A stretch of DNA of 64,000 bases, from assembly GCA_030704615.1 (NCBI GenBank), contig CM060732.1, positions 43,090,001-43,154,000 of the forward strand, in the 5' to 3' direction. The notes beneath the pieces are model-generated. The model was given only the letters and a program-made list of their open reading frames with translations. It ran no database searches and was not told the DNA's origin. Below are positions 13,951-25,748 of the stretch, piece after piece. A program made the translations under genes and the position numbers. The first letter of the stretch is position 1. Every line of letters begins with the position of its first letter. The stretch comes from Takakia lepidozioides (taxonomy: Eukaryota; Plantae; Bryophyta).

Positions 13951-14226
13951 CGGCCCAGAACAAGTAGAGAGAGAGGCCTGTGACCAACTGTCTGCTTAAA
14001 TGGAGAAGACAGCAAGATATCCACAAAAATTGAGCTAGAGGAGGACCAACTTTGAGAGTTTGAAGGTGGCAATGGATCATGGGGAAGAGTGTGTAGAACT
14101 GTGATCATCTCCATAAATAGCAAACAGAAGCTTCAGCACTGACTGTCACAGTCAATGATTCAATACTTCAATCATTTACTGGGCTCTTTGCTCACATAAG
14201 CATTTCTTTTCTATATGTTGCTTGTT

Positions 14227-17085
14227 TCACCAGTAATCGCCACAAGAACAAACCCCATCTTGGAAGTGATGAAAGCGGTTGGGATCCCGTAAAACAATAG
14301 CTCGGCCAACAATCTTTGAGATGAACTTGCTGGTGGTGTGGCAGTCACCACACACTCTAAGGTTCTTGATGACACGCAGGGTTGTCCCAGGAGGTGTGCT
14401 GATGAGCCCAAAAGCGATGGCCAGCTTTTCACTGTGGTGGCAAAGAGAACTCTCTTTATGTTCCTCTTCCACATCATGCAATACAAAGCGCGTGTCTGGC
14501 ATGTACCCAGCCTCCTTCATCCACTTAGACAATCTCTCCAGCTCAGCATGGATTTCTAAAATTTGTGGGTGAAATTGGTCTTCCACAACAAATTTATGCA
14601 CCTGGTTGTCGACCTCAATGTCGCTGTGCCCTTGCTCCTTTCTGACACCCCTATCCTCCATCATTCTTCTCACATCTGCTTTATCATCCCACCTGCCAGC
14701 TGCAGCTAAGATGTTTGACAGCAGCACATAAGCTGCAGCATGCTGTGGATCCCTCTTAATAATGTTTTTGGCTGCACGTTCTGCTACCTGCAGATCACCA
14801 TGGATTCTGCAGGCACCAAGCAAGGCTCTCCACACCCCAGCATCTGATTTGATTGGCATTCTGTTAATGAGGTCCTCTGCCTCATCCAATCGTCCTGCGC
14901 GGCCAAGAAGGTCCACCATGCAGCCAAAATGCTCCACTGTAGGAGTGAGCTCATGATCACAACTCATGGACTTAAAGTAGTGAAAGCCTTCATCTACAAG
15001 GCCCACATGGCTACAAGCAGAAAGAAGAGATACAAAGGTGATACCATTCGGCTTCAAGCCTTCCTGTTGCATTTGTTTGAATAGTTGAAGGGCGTCCTTA
15101 CCACACCCATGCTGAGAATATCCTGCGATCATCGCACTCCATGAGACCACATTTTGTTCGGCCATCTTGTTGAACACTTGACATGCAGCTTTTAAATCCC
15201 CACATTTGGCATACATGTCAACAAGGGCAGTCTCCAAAATGATATCTGGCACAATTCCACTTTCAATGATGTCCGTATGGACCTCTTTGCCCTTTTCCAG
15301 GGCTCCAATTCTGGCACATGCATAGAGAACAGAAGTAAACATGACCCTGTCAGGGAACACCCCTTCCCGTTGCATTTCATCATAGATCTCCAACGCCTCC
15401 CGACCACACCCATGCTTAGCATATCCTGCAATCATTGCACACCAGGAGACCACATCTCGTCTAGTCATATTGTTGAACACTTCATGCGCATCTTTTATGC
15501 TCCCACTTTTGGCATACATATCAACAAGTGTATTTTCCATGATGTCCGACATGATCCCACTTCTTATGATGTTAGCATGGACCACTTTGCCCCTTTCCAG
15601 GGCTCCTTGGCTGGCACACACATTAAGAATGCAAGCAAACGTCACCTCATCACACAACACCCCTTCCTGTATCATCTGTTCATAGATCTCAAAAGCCTCC
15701 TTATGAAACCCATGCTGAGCATACCCTGTGAGCATTGTGTTCCAGGACACCACATTGCGCATAGACATTTTCTCAAACACTTGACGCGCATCTTTTATAC
15801 TGCCGCATTTGGCATACATGTGAACAAGGGCCGTGCCTAGAATGATATCTGGCACAATTCCAGCTTCAATAATGTCAGCATGGACCTCTGTGCCCTTTTC
15901 CAGTGCTCCTACTAAGGCACATGCACTGAGCATGCAAATGAATGTGACCCTGTCGGGGATCACCCCTCGCCATAGCATTTGCTCATACATCTCCAAAGCT
16001 CCCCTACCACACCCATGCTGACAATATCCTGTTATCATGGCATTCCATGAGACCAGATTCCTGTTACCCATTTTGTCAAAGACTTGCCGTGCATCTTTTA
16101 AGCTCCCGCATTTGGCATAGACGTCAGTCAGGGCAGTCTCCAGAGTGACATCTGATGCAATTCCAGCTAATATGATGTGAGCATGGACGTCTCTGACCTT
16201 TACTAGGTCTCCTTGGCTACTGCATGCAGTGAGAACACAAATAAAGGTGACCTTGTTGGGCATAACCCCTTCCCAGATCATTTGCTCATAGATCTCGAAA
16301 GCCTCCCTACCATACCCGTGCTGGGTATATCCTGTGATCATTGCGTTCCATGAAACCACATTTTGTTCAGCCATTTTGTCAAACACTTCCCGAGCCTCCA
16401 TAATGCTCCCGCATGCGGCATACATGTTGACAAGCGTATTCTCCAAAGCTATACACGATGCAATTCCAGTTTTGATTATGTCAGTATGGACCTCTCTACC
16501 CTTTTCCAGGGCTCCTAAGCTAGCACATGCACTCAGAATACAAATGAATGTGACCTTGTTGGGCGCCACCCCCTCCTGTTGCATTTGCTTGTAGATTTTC
16601 CAAGCCTCCCCACCACCACCATGTTTGGCGTATCCTGCTATCATTATAGTCCAAGTAAACAAATTTCGTTCAGCCATTTTATGAAACACTTTATGCGCAT
16701 CCACCAAGCTCCCACATTTCGCATACATGTTGACAAGGGTGTTGAGAAGATAGATGTTTGGCTTGAATCCGCTTCGGACAATGTGGGTGTGTACCTGCTT
16801 GCCCTCTGCTAGCTGTCTCCTGTTCATGCACTCCTTTAGCATCCAGATATAAGTATCGGAGTCTGCCAAGATGCCTCGGTGGTCCAATATGTGGAGCGCC
16901 TCTTTCAGTCGTCCTGTCTTACACAGCATCCTCACATCCCCACAAGTTCCAGAATTGTTGGGGTTGACTCCCTCTCTTGATCTTGTCTGAAAAGCAGTGG
17001 TGATGGTGGAGATGCTTCCTTTGCCATCAGTATGAAGTCCAAGAAACAAATGGACGCGATTCAAACCTGTCATCCTGCATGACAC
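14227..17085 (-). CDS. PLS-class PPR protein with E1/E2 and DYW cytidine deaminase domain (organellar C-to-U RNA editing factor); first ATG at 17073
   Basis: Intronless 952-aa ORF with ~20 P/L/S motifs ending in P2-L2-S2, then E1, E2, HSEKLA, CGDCH and CSCGDYW*. Confidence 0.97.
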   Translation of the reverse strand: MSCRMTGLNRVHLFLGLHTDGKGSISTITTAFQTRSREGVNPNNSGTCGDVRMLCKTGRLKEALHILDHRGILADSDTYIWMLKECMNRRQLAEGKQVHTHIVRSGFKPNIYLLNTLVNMYAKCGSLVDAHKVFHKMAERNLFTWTIMIAGYAKHGGGGEAWKIYKQMQQEGVAPNKVTFICILSACASLGALEKGREVHTDIIKTGIASCIALENTLVNMYAACGSIMEAREVFDKMAEQNVVSWNAMITGYTQHGYGREAFEIYEQMIWEGVMPNKVTFICVLTACSSQGDLVKVRDVHAHIILAGIASDVTLETALTDVYAKCGSLKDARQVFDKMGNRNLVSWNAMITGYCQHGCGRGALEMYEQMLWRGVIPDRVTFICMLSACALVGALEKGTEVHADIIEAGIVPDIILGTALVHMYAKCGSIKDARQVFEKMSMRNVVSWNTMLTGYAQHGFHKEAFEIYEQMIQEGVLCDEVTFACILNVCASQGALERGKVVHANIIRSGIMSDIMENTLVDMYAKSGSIKDAHEVFNNMTRRDVVSWCAMIAGYAKHGCGREALEIYDEMQREGVFPDRVMFTSVLYACARIGALEKGKEVHTDIIESGIVPDIILETALVDMYAKCGDLKAACQVFNKMAEQNVVSWSAMIAGYSQHGCGKDALQLFKQMQQEGLKPNGITFVSLLSACSHVGLVDEGFHYFKSMSCDHELTPTVEHFGCMVDLLGRAGRLDEAEDLINRMPIKSDAGVWRALLGACRIHGDLQVAERAAKNIIKRDPQHAAAYVLLSNILAAAGRWDDKADVRRMMEDRGVRKEQGHSDIEVDNQVHKFVVEDQFHPQILEIHAELERLSKWMKEAGYMPDTRFVLHDVEEEHKESSLCHHSEKLAIAFGLISTPPGTTLRVIKNLRVCGDCHTTSKFISKIVGRAIVLRDPNRFHHFQDGVCSCGDYW

Positions 17086-17333
17086 AAATTTCTTGGTTAC
17101 AGACCTTCACACACACCCCAACAGACTTCAAAGAAAAATACTGTCATAAGGACAAGCTCTTTGATTGCTTAAAACTCTTTGGCTGGAGTCTTACATCTTA
17201 TTATGAATAGAATACCAGTTGCAATCTTGACCTTGAGCTTCCTGGTGAGCATCAACATTACAACCATCACCAGATTGATCTCGACATTGCATGACGGAAG
17301 CTAGCTCTCCTTTCCTCACTCGAGGAGTGTTCG

Positions 17334-17889
17334 GGGAACGCTCAATCCAAAGGACCTTTGTTGTGTGCTCATGTCTGAAGCCCCAGTGGGCCACAGAGCA
17401 GCCATGGTATGAACCACAGCCTTGCGCAGACAAGGCTACATCCACCAGTGCTCCAAACATCTTTGAAGCAACCTTGAAAACATACTTCAGAACAGACCAC
17501 CATAGCAACACCGAGAATTCCTTCAGCTGCTTTTGTCTGCTAACTGTCGATGATGGATGTGTTGCTCCGTCAACTAGACAAGAATCCTCACCTTGGCTGA
17601 AATGGGCATCTACCCTGCCACCGAATCCAACCAGAGGTAGCGAGATATGCCTCTCTTTGCTCTCTCCTTTTGGGTCTCTAACATAACCCCAGATTTGTGG
17701 AAGATGATCACTTTATGGTCATACAACAACTGCAGAGGGACGCATCCTTTCCTTCTTCCATCATCTCCTTCAGTATCTCCTGTTATCTCACATTTTTCCT
17801 TGTTCCATTCATTGCATGAGACAACAGAGAGGTACTTATTTCCATGTGTGCAGCAGCCATATCCCCTGCGGTATGCCCTGTTTCTGGGG
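17334..17889. repeat. ~560-bp segment duplicated at ~29581-30151 (PPR/DUF1992 intergenic region plus DUF1992 exon 1)
   Basis: GAACGCTCAATCCAAAGGACCTTT...CCCTGCGGTATGCCCTGTTTCTGGGG present in both places. Confidence 0.9.
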
Positions 17890-20561
17890 GTGAGGAGTCT
17901 TGTAGCCCCTTTCTCATTTACATTATAAATCAAAAGAAAGACAAGATTCTCTACCTGGGTCTCCACAGACAGCTTGTCTGGAAATCACAAACACAGATTT
18001 TTTGACGTAATGTTAGCTCTGCAGGGGGGCGAGCAATTGATGTACTGGATGGAAAGTTCAAGGATGAAAATTATACAGTAGGTCCCGTTTGTCTCTCGAT
18101 GTCCAGTTTCTTGCAGCAGTTTGCAAGGCTCATTTCACTGCATCCCGCATCTGGGATGTTGCTGCCTAATTCCTTGATGCTTGCAGTTGTTGCAGTTTAT
18201 CTTCCCTCATGCTTGTGGCTTGATGGGCTTGAAGATGTCTTGGTGTGAAGTAACATGTTCTTCACGCATCCATTTTATGTAGGGTTTTCTTACCTTTGTT
18301 TCCTTTCTCGTTTGGCATTGGTTGAGTTTGCAGTCAGCGGGAAAGCAAGGTATCCTGCATCCTCCTCGTCTTAAGATAGGGCGGGCAATATCCTATGACA
18401 CAGACAAGGTGCGTTGCTCAAAATTCCTGCTCGTTTGAGTCCATTTGTCTCTGATAAATGATAAAATTGCCCCCAAGTGCTCCTTTGAAGCATAGTCTGC
18501 CTTTGATTCCTCTTTGATTTTGTATTTCAGGTCACTCTTCTCCTAATCTGAGTGCTCTTGCTCCTTTCAACATATTATGCAAGATTGTGTCATCTCCTAA
18601 TACTCTGCACGTCCTGATTCCAGCATCTCACACCCGTTACTAATATTCACATGTATTTCCTCCTTCATTAACTTGTTCTTCATAAGAGATATGTTCAGAT
18701 AAGCACATCTTTTGGATAATATGCTGAAGCATTGTCAATATGTTTTTGTCCTAAAACACTTGGGGGAAATACCAATGGATGTTGTTTTTTCGACCAAAAA
18801 AGAAGATCTGAGGGAGGAGAGCCTTGTACTCCTATTGCACCATGCTAGTAAAGTTGTTTCTGGAGATAGAAATGTGTTTCTCTTAAAGTTATCTACCTGC
18901 CAGATAAGGATTAAGGTGAAGTCATTCGCAATCTACTTTGTGGATGTGAAGGCTACTCAGTTTTGGTTTTCTTAATCTGCCGTTTGCCGCACTATACCAA
19001 TAATGATAGTGTAAGGGGCAATGCACATTTCCTTTTGTTGCAAATGTAACAAATAAGTGAGGAAAGTTGTCTATTTGATTCACATATTGAAATAGGAACT
19101 ATATGAGAAAAAGCTTTGGAAACCAAGAAGTGCAAGCAAATGGGAAGTTGCAAATTTGAAATCCATGAAAAACTGTAGGTAGGTAATTGAAAGTGTCAAA
19201 TCTACATACAGAGTGAGTTCCTTAGCAACTCATTGGGGCACATGTGGATGATATGAAATATACATAGTTTTGAAATCGAGCATATAGATCATAATCCACC
19301 CAAACAGTTTTAGGCACTCATGTTGGATTTTTGAGGTAATAGCTTTCAGGATGGTATGGGAGATGCAATAGGGACATACTTCCTTCTCTGAGAACCTTTT
19401 ATGGGATATCTGGAGGTGAAGTAACAGGGGTTATGAAAGGCGTGGTGGAGAGGATTCGTGCGGCGTGTGAGAAGCTGCACGACTTGAGATTGCCTCCTGA
19501 ACTTCGGGGTCGCCAAAACTTTGTTAGGTTGGTTTTCTTTCTTGGAGCTTCGTTCTTCTTTTTGCTGGTATGTTGACTTGTAAGAGTTGGTACTGCTGTT
19601 GTAACTTCAACAGCTTAATCCATTAGCTGATGTCTTTCGTGATAAAGAGAAGAGTTGGGAAGTATAATTTCATAGAAAATCATGGATGATTAATGGATCG
19701 ATTTTCGAAACTGACGGCCGTTGGTAGGTCAATATTGCATGGATCCCCAAAATAGTGCCCTGGTGCAGCACAGGAGAGACCGGAATGGAATCATTGATCG
19801 AACTCAACTGCAGTGTGCATATTGTGGATTGCTATTATATTTCTCTAGTTGGAAGCAGTCGTCAATATATAGCTGCGAGTGGTTGCACTGCTCATGGATT
19901 GTATGGTCATGCGGATTCTGTAGGAAATAGGTTAAATGACTCTTGATTAGACTTAGGATTTTCCGTGCATTTGTGCAGTTCAGAGACAGACGTTATGAAT
20001 GTGGTTGAGCAGCGCATATTGCAATCGCAACGAGAAGGGCACTTCGAGAATTTGGCAGGCAAAGGGAGGCCTTTGGAAACTGAGGGAAACCCTCATGCGG
20101 ACCCTGAGGAGGATATCGCATATCGAGTTTTGGCCAAGAATGGATTTGCTCTAGAATGGATTGAGCTGAATAAAGAGATAAGATTCCGAGTATGGTTATG
20201 GCGGGCTGAACTACGCTCGGCATGGCAGAGGCAAACTGAGAAAAAGAGGAGTGATGAGTTCATTCTCTTATTTCCCCAGCTCGAAGAACAGTTGCAGGAC
20301 ATCAACCGCAAGGTATCTATCCCTTACAATCTCCAAGCCATGCAAGAACATATCAATTTTTCTTTGAAAGCGCTGATAGAACCCGCTGTGTCTAAATCTT
20401 AAGAAGTTTAGCATTGTGTCTGAGCTGATTTGCAGGTGCTGAGACACAATCTCTCAGCCCCGTTCGGTCGTCAAGTGTTCGGATACAAAATGACGAAAGA
20501 GCTTCAACGACTTGAGAGCTGTCAAGAAGCACAACAATCCTTAGATGCAGATACTTCTTAG
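17844..20561 (+). CDS. DUF1992 / DnaJ-C28 conserved-domain protein (At2g24395-like); 5' exons tentative
   Basis: Confident exons 19350-19527 (LRLPPELRGRQNFV), 19979-20312 (SETDVMNVVEQRILQSQREGHFENLAGKGRPL...NPHADPEEDIAYRVLAKNGFALEWIELNKEIR) and 20436-20561 (VLRHNLSAPFGRQVFG...). Possible upstream exons 17844-17889, ~18024-18077 and ~18333-18408. Confidence 0.8.
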
Positions 20562-22087
20562 CACTCGAGCTAAGATTCCCAGTTTCCTCCTCCATGTATG
20601 CATACAAGTAGGTGAAGAAATCTTCCAAACGTAGCTCACATTAGAATCTCAAATATGCAACCACCTTATCATTACAAATGCATTGGTATGGTAGTCGGTT
20701 CATACAAATGTTGACAAACAGCTCGATCTGAGAATGGTATTATCAAAAAAGCAAAAACAGATTGTTTCTCTGATTCGCCACCAACACTCTAACAACAATG
20801 GACAGTCTGGCGGAGCTCCAGTAGGACTACAGTTTCCTTTTAGCAGCAGTGTACATTTGCGAATCAGAACACCCCAGCCGAAAGGATGAGCGCATATTAA
20901 AGGTGTGAATCTGACCGCATTCAAGCCATTCCAGCCGGAAACTAGCACCCCAAAGAGAGGAATGTGGGGTCGCCAGCAGCCATCAGGGGGTTCTGAGAGC
21001 TACAGTCTTTCTCCAGTTTGCAGAGAAGCCGGAAGCCCTGCAAAAATCGACAACAGTGGCTAGTCATGCGTTCACATTAGCCATAGCTGAATTCTCAAGA
21101 AAAATCGCTGATCAGTCATCTGCGCACATCGACAACATAACCTGCTCTGAGACATTTTGCTGCAAACCGAGTTGCAGCCCAGTAATGTGGGGACGCAAGT
21201 CAAAGAGGTGACCCATTGTATCCACAGCGGCTGGAAAGAGAAAGGAGCCAGAGGGCATCCTTGACGAACATATCTGGAACGCGGGGAATCCCTGGACAAA
21301 CATCCGTTAGCAGTAACTTTGCTGGAAGACCGAAGAAGGATCTTGACCCATTTTAGGAAATTGCCGGAGATGCTAAATTCTTTCGATTGCACCAAACTGA
21401 AACCTCCAGCTTAATAGACGGTCGAAAGCTTCTCGAAGTGTAAGAGAACCAAAGGTATGGTTTGCTTCGAAGCTTCTGCATAGTGCAAGGCTTCACATGT
21501 TAGAACCACATTGTCCAGGATTATTCTACCCTTTAAAAAACCGGGACTCATATGATTGAAGGCCGCAGAATTTGAAGTCTTTTAGCTAGAGCCTTAGCTA
21601 TCACATTGTAACAGGATTTGAGGAGAGTAATGGGTCCGTAGTTAGATATATACAATCTTTGTCACCTCTTTTGAAAATAAGAGAGATGACATGACCAACT
21701 GCCCTTTGGGATGGCATGTGGGATGCCATGATGTTTTTGGAAATGATGTCCATTGCCATGCCATTTGGAAGGAAATCAGGACTCACTGATTTCCATCCAA
21801 AGTGATTAGAAAAATTCCATCTGCATGCCATCAGGTGACTCAGGAGCTTTGCCTAGGTGAAGTCCATCCAGGGTTAATTCCTCGTTAATTCCTGATGTAT
21901 GAGGCCCAGAGAGATGAGTCCTGGAGCACCGATGCTTTGGAGGGATGGTGTTTACATGCTCTCTGATTGCACTGGAGCTAGAGGTCATTTTCGGGATCAT
22001 CCTCTTTGAGAAGACCTTCAAAAACAAGTTATTACTGCAGTTTCTGCGATATCCTTAGGTCTGGACCAGTTGACAAGGCCGCATATA

Positions 22088-22781
22088 CCGTAGTGGGAAG
22101 GCTGATCCGGCACTAGATAATTAGAAATGAATCTGCCTAATAATTAAGTGAAAATTTAGGAAAAACTGCCGAAATTCCAGAAACTTTATAAAAAAAGGCC
22201 TAAAATCTCAAACAAACTCCAAATATCAAATCTCCAAATGCATGTTTCAAGGCATAAAGCTCTAGGAAAATATTTTCCTTAGCTCTGAGAAATCCTAGAA
22301 TAATTGGGTTGGGTATATTGAGCATCTTGATGCGGGGTAAATATAAGGATAAGGGTATATCATAAAAATATACCCTGATATAAGGGTATACATCCGGGTA
22401 CCTAAACTTGCCACACCAGGGTATATATATACACCCTGATATACCCGGCGGGTATATCAGGGTGATTCATATACCCGCCCAACAGTGGAAAGGACCTTAA
22501 AGTTGAGGTGAAGCCGGCCACTCTCCCGCCTCTTATGGGGAAGAAGCCATGCCTATAGGATAACATGTTCATCAGGTATAGGGGCTACTTGTTCTTTATG
22601 TGTTACTTTGGCATAATTGTTAATTTCGTCAATTTCATTTCGCTCTGGAAATTTCCCAGAATTTTGGGAAATATGCCTTTGTGCTCACTTGCTCACTCAC
22701 TACCCAACCTCGTCCACTATAAAGCCGGAGGCCTCCGTCCCTCTTCTGCGAAGGAAAAAAAAAAAAAAAACTCGTCCACAG
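22088..22781. mobile_element. Non-autonomous Tc1/mariner-pogo-like DNA element nested in the LINE
   Basis: Flanked by TA on both sides. Left end CCGTAGTGG; degenerate right end (CCACTA/CCACAG). AT-rich interior shares AATCTGCCTAATAAT with the MITE at 39212-39871. Confidence 0.55.
22709..22779 (+). mobile_element. 5'-truncated poly(A) retroposon (SINE/LINE 3' tip) with 9-bp TSD
   Basis: CTCGTCCAC - TATAAAGCCGGAGGCCTCCGTCCCTCTTCTGCGAAGG - A15/16 - CTCGTCCAC. Confidence 0.6.
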
Positions 22782-24429
22782 TAAGCTGAAGTCCTAGTTT
22801 CTTTTGACATGCACCAAGATGCACTCGGTGAGGGCCCTTCCTCTGGCATTTCTAACAAACGCTCACCTATGATATAGTTCCTGAGCAGCATCCTGCAAGC
22901 ATGAAGTTTATGCAAGACGCGCAGAGTAGGCGATTGAAAGCAATTATCTGTGGATAGCCAGATTTTCTTCAGCTCATCGGTTATGGAAGAGTTTTTAAGT
23001 ATTGAAGCGTTCAGCTTGATGCCTTTGAGTCTGGCGCCGCCCCCAGTGGAAAGGCAAAGTTTAACTTCTGCAAGGTCAAGATCCGGCAGGATTGGACCAA
23101 AGGGGACCTGTAATTTGCACCAGTCCATCTAAGCAGATGAAGCACATAATCTATCTCTAGGCCATTGAAAATTTTGTGGGCTTCCTATTGTTAGTCCAAG
23201 AGAATTTGGCCGACTCTGCACCTGGGCCAGCCACATCCAAGAGATGCCCAGCTCCCACGCGTAGAGAAACTCATGACATTGTTTCACCGGCTTAAAGCAT
23301 ATGTGTCAGATCCTAATCGATCAGCAGGATCTTCCACCATATTGAAGTCCCCTCCTAAATCTCCTGCAAGACAATAATGTGGGCTCTACTCACATCCCAC
23401 ATTTGAATGCGTTCTGCCGATAAACAGGAAGCCTGAATATTGACAACTCCTAGTTCGCCCGCAAAGCCTGGTAAATCCATGGTCAAGCACTAGCTAGCTA
23501 TACATGTCCAGGTACCCAGATTTCATGTTGCAGTACCAAATGAGAGGGAGAGGGCCCCAACCAGATCGCACTTTCTCTTCTGGAGTCTGCAACCGTGGGT
23601 TTCCACCAAGCCCCAAAGCTGTTGACCCAACTTGGAGTCGCTTTTGACTTGGTTCAGTTTATATTCTTGTAAAAAGTCCTGCAGAAATTGTCTTGTGAAA
23701 CGTAAGAGTTCTCACGGCGAGGTGGGGAGACCGGGGTTCCGGAGAAGGGAGAAAGAGCACCGAGGCTCAAGTTTTGACTAAGTAGTGCTATCTTAACATC
23801 TATAGAGGTAACATGTATCCAGGGTGGACTTAGCTAGATATTAAATAACAGACTTCCAATCAGAAGAATGCGGATTGTTGACCTACACTAAAGAGGCTTA
23901 TATGAAGAATCTTGGAGGGTCCAATGCCAAAACACTCTGAACTCAACACACATGTATGCAGTTGGAACTATTCTTACTCCTACAAATCTCAATCGACGTA
24001 ATGGACAGGCCCCATGCAAACCTGGGGCCCTTATTAATCCTCATCGCCAATCATCATGATCTCTCCATCTAACTTTGTCCGTCCGTCCATCACATTGAGA
24101 CGAGGGATATCCTCATCTTCACTGTGCCTAATTCAAAAAATATATATTCTGAAGTTGCCCGATGTGAAGATGTGGAATTATTAGGTGTAATAACAATTCC
24201 CATCCGGATATTGTAGCCTGGGTACGGTATGCAATATCTGACCAAAACCAGTTGAGACAAGCCTCAAACGGCGATGGGCTCTTTTGCTTTGGCAAAAAAT
24301 GAGAGGAAGGTGAGAGTAAGGGGCATGACTCATCACACAACACACCAATGGGAGCCTTGACATGGTTTGACTTGAACATGATCTTGATGCGTAACTATCT
24401 CTCTACAAGACAGCCAATAAAGAAGAGAT

Positions 24430-24781
24430 AGGGTAGAACACCCTATGACCGTTCATCTAAAGATGGCGGAAGATCTAAAGGTGAATTTTTGTCGTTTTTA
24501 CCCCGGATAATTGATAAGATGCCCCACATCTGGGGCATCCCAACACATTTGGAAGTGCCTGATTTCATGAAATCCACACAAAGTTATGGGGTTTCAAAGT
24601 TGAACCAATCCGAATGCTTGTCTGAAGTTTGAGCCCTATGAACACTCATATTTCTTGGGGGTTCTATCAAACAACTGTTTGCCAAGTGGCAAAAATGAGC
24701 AGTCTTGGGCCCATCCATGGTCGCTCATGCAGGCCTGACCCAAGCAATTATGAGGTGCACGGTCATAGGGTGTTTTACCCT
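24430..24781. mobile_element. MITE with 22-23 bp TIRs (PIF/Harbinger-Tourist-like ends)
   Basis: Left AGGGTAGAACACCCTATGACCGT versus right ACGGTCATAGGGTGTTTTACCCT (1 mismatch). Internal hairpin GATGCCCCA-CATC-TGGGGCATC. TSD is not clean. Confidence 0.75.
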
Positions 24782-25748
24782 GCTGGGAGAGAGAGACTCT
24801 TGTTAGCACCACCCCTCTACAAAAACTGGGACCCAATATGTATTGGACTAATATAACCGTTTTTTAATACCAGACTGGTCCTGGACCCTGGTATGAAGGG
24901 CCTCACCGTTCCCCCCCCCCAGGCTGGTATATGTATGTATAGGTATGAGAAACTAGAGTATGAATGCTTGTATTTTGAGCTGTATATGGGTATGGTACTA
25001 ATATTGTCTTTTTGGGATTGATTATGGGATATATGAGCACTGGTATGATATTTCTACTCCTCATAATACATGGAAATTGCCATTGAGCACACAACCAAAA
25101 CTCATGCGCACACCAATTGTAGTCTGAAACACTAAACAAAGGCAACCCAAAGTCAGTGCTTTGCTCATTGAAGGAGCTGCAGCATGAGTGCAAAACCTAT
25201 TAACTCACCATCTCCATACTCTATCCACCACAATACTGGTATTGGGGACTTCACCGCGCCTGCACTTGCCCAGACTCGTCTAGTCAGGTATGTGTGGGTG
25301 AAACCGCTCAAGACATAACTTACTCCTACTTTATCGCAGTCTCCCCTGATCTTTTTTGTGTGCGGGTGCGGGAAACCCTACAGACATACTCTCCCGGTAC
25401 TTTTATCACATGGGTACACTGGTTCCTTCATACCGGACTGGTATGTACTTCAATAGTATGCATACATGTATTCCCCACCCAGGTATACCACTCCAGCACT
25501 ACACAAAGTGCAAAGTGCCCACCAGTCAACAAAGTGCAAAGTGCCCACCAGTGCCCACCACCACCACACTGTCTCTCTCTCTCTCTCTCTCTCCGCATGC
25601 ACTCAACTGCAGTGCGTTGTCGCACTACACTACACAAGTGCCCACCGCAGGCTTGCTGTTGCCATTGAGCTTTCATCAACTCGTGTGTTGCTGAGGTGCC
25701 AATTGAGGCGGTGGGCTAAGCCGGCGAGTGTGCACAAGCATTGCTGTG

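Larger units (their letters stand above)
20950..23700 (-). mobile_element. Degenerate L1-type LINE ORF2 (APE endonuclease + RT), interrupted by nested insertions
   Basis: Endonuclease motifs LQE (~23670) and GGDFNMVED (~23340); KLNASILK; KAPESPDG..MEFF; ISLIFKRGD; GRIILDNV; VRQGCPLAPF. Many stops and frameshifts. Confidence 0.85.

Noticed and set aside
14227-14640. U-to-C (DYW:KP/GRP/DRH-type) editing factor
   Set aside because: The domain has canonical HSEK, the full gating region and terminal DYW, typical of C-to-U editors.
25500-25595. Short ACAAAGTGCAAAGTGCCCACCAGT duplication and (CT)n tract
   Set aside because: Ordinary 5' UTR/promoter simple repeats of the LRR-RLP gene.
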